From NCBI GenBank assembly GCA_030765785.1, contig JAVCCC010000004.1, forward strand, positions 10,008 to 74,007: a stretch of 64,000 nucleotides of DNA, written 5' to 3'. The stretch is from Candidatus Aceula lacicola (GTDB lineage: Bacteria > Omnitrophota > Gorgyraeia > Zapsychrales > Aceulaceae). Positions 63,535 through 64,000 of this stretch are shown piece after piece. Within the stretch, counting starts at the first letter, position 1. The number at the start of each line of letters is the position of its first letter. The translations under genes and the position numbers were made by a program. Under the pieces are notes generated by a model. The model ran no database searches and was not told where the DNA came from. It was given only the letters and a program-made list of their open reading frames with translations.

Positions 63535-64000
63535 ATTGTTCCTTTCTAACGAAACGAATAGAATCAGAAAGTTCGTTAAATGATGAAAAGATATAGTCTG
63601 CTTCCTTTAAATATTTACGCGGCAATGATGTCTCAAGCGCCAAACATTTTAAGCTTGCACCTTTTGCCGACTCAATCCCCAATGGTGCATTTTCAATAAC
63701 GACAGAATCTTTAGAATTTATTTTAAGTGCCTTCAAAACTTTTTTGTATGGCTCTGGGTGCGGCTTTCCCTTTGCAACATCGCTTCCTGTAATAATTACG
63801 GAAAATAACTCTTTTAACTCTCTAGGTAAAATTCTATCAAGCTCGTGTCTTGCCGTTCCTGTCGCAAGTGCCAGAATAAAATTCTCTTTATGCATTTTTT
63901 TTACAAATCTACGGGCCCCTTTAATAAACTTAGGCTTAAAAAGTCTCTTGAAGAGCTCTTCCTTCTCAACCAAGATCTTTTTAGCCTTTTTAATACTAAT
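63518..64000 (-). CDS. HAD-family phosphatase, 5' end outside window
   Basis: ALATG, GKPHPEPY and VIENAPLGI motifs; the frame stays open to the window edge. Confidence 0.85.
   Translation of the reverse strand: MSIKKAKKILVEKEELFKRLFKPKFIKGARRFVKKMHKENFILALATGTARHELDRILPRELKELFSVIITGSDVAKGKPHPEPYKKVLKALKINSKDSVVIENAPLGIESAKGASLKCLALETSLPRKYLKEADYIFSSFNELSDSIRFVRKEQYELKN

Overview
Low-GC bacterial chromosome segment, densely coding and mostly housekeeping. I saw no tRNA, rRNA, CRISPR array or transposase. It carries tRNA modification genes (mtaB, dusB, a ThiI/MnmA-like PP-loop protein) and an ABC exporter-gshA-gshB-glutaredoxin operon. Central and amino-acid metabolism genes include nfnAB-X-icd-gdhA, ilvBN, trxB, bioB, thiC, rrf2-metY-cysK, leuCD-aroC, acnA, fumC, pepA and gltA. 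It also has rseC-rnfBCDGEA, a six-gene sensor-less phosphorelay/HD-GYP cluster, surE, mutY and an NAD kinase. The best candidate for an undescribed system is a 1680-aa protein (8593-13635). Its N and C termini resemble, from my recall only, large-protein families of Ca. Omnitrophota. Between them sits what looks like a complete second exported protein: an internal signal peptide, a peptidoglycan-binding-like motif, about 20 D-[S/T]-x Bacteroidota-type O-glycosylation sequons, and two tandem beta-barrel-like repeats. Other notable observations are a stand-alone NUMOD3-only basic protein, a subset of strongly cationic metabolic enzymes, repeated leaderless sigma70 promoters, a CheA-P1-like domain with His replaced by Tyr, a MutY with an intact Nudix box, and an unannotated 55-aa ORF. 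The taxonomy and all family calls come from motif recognition without database searches.
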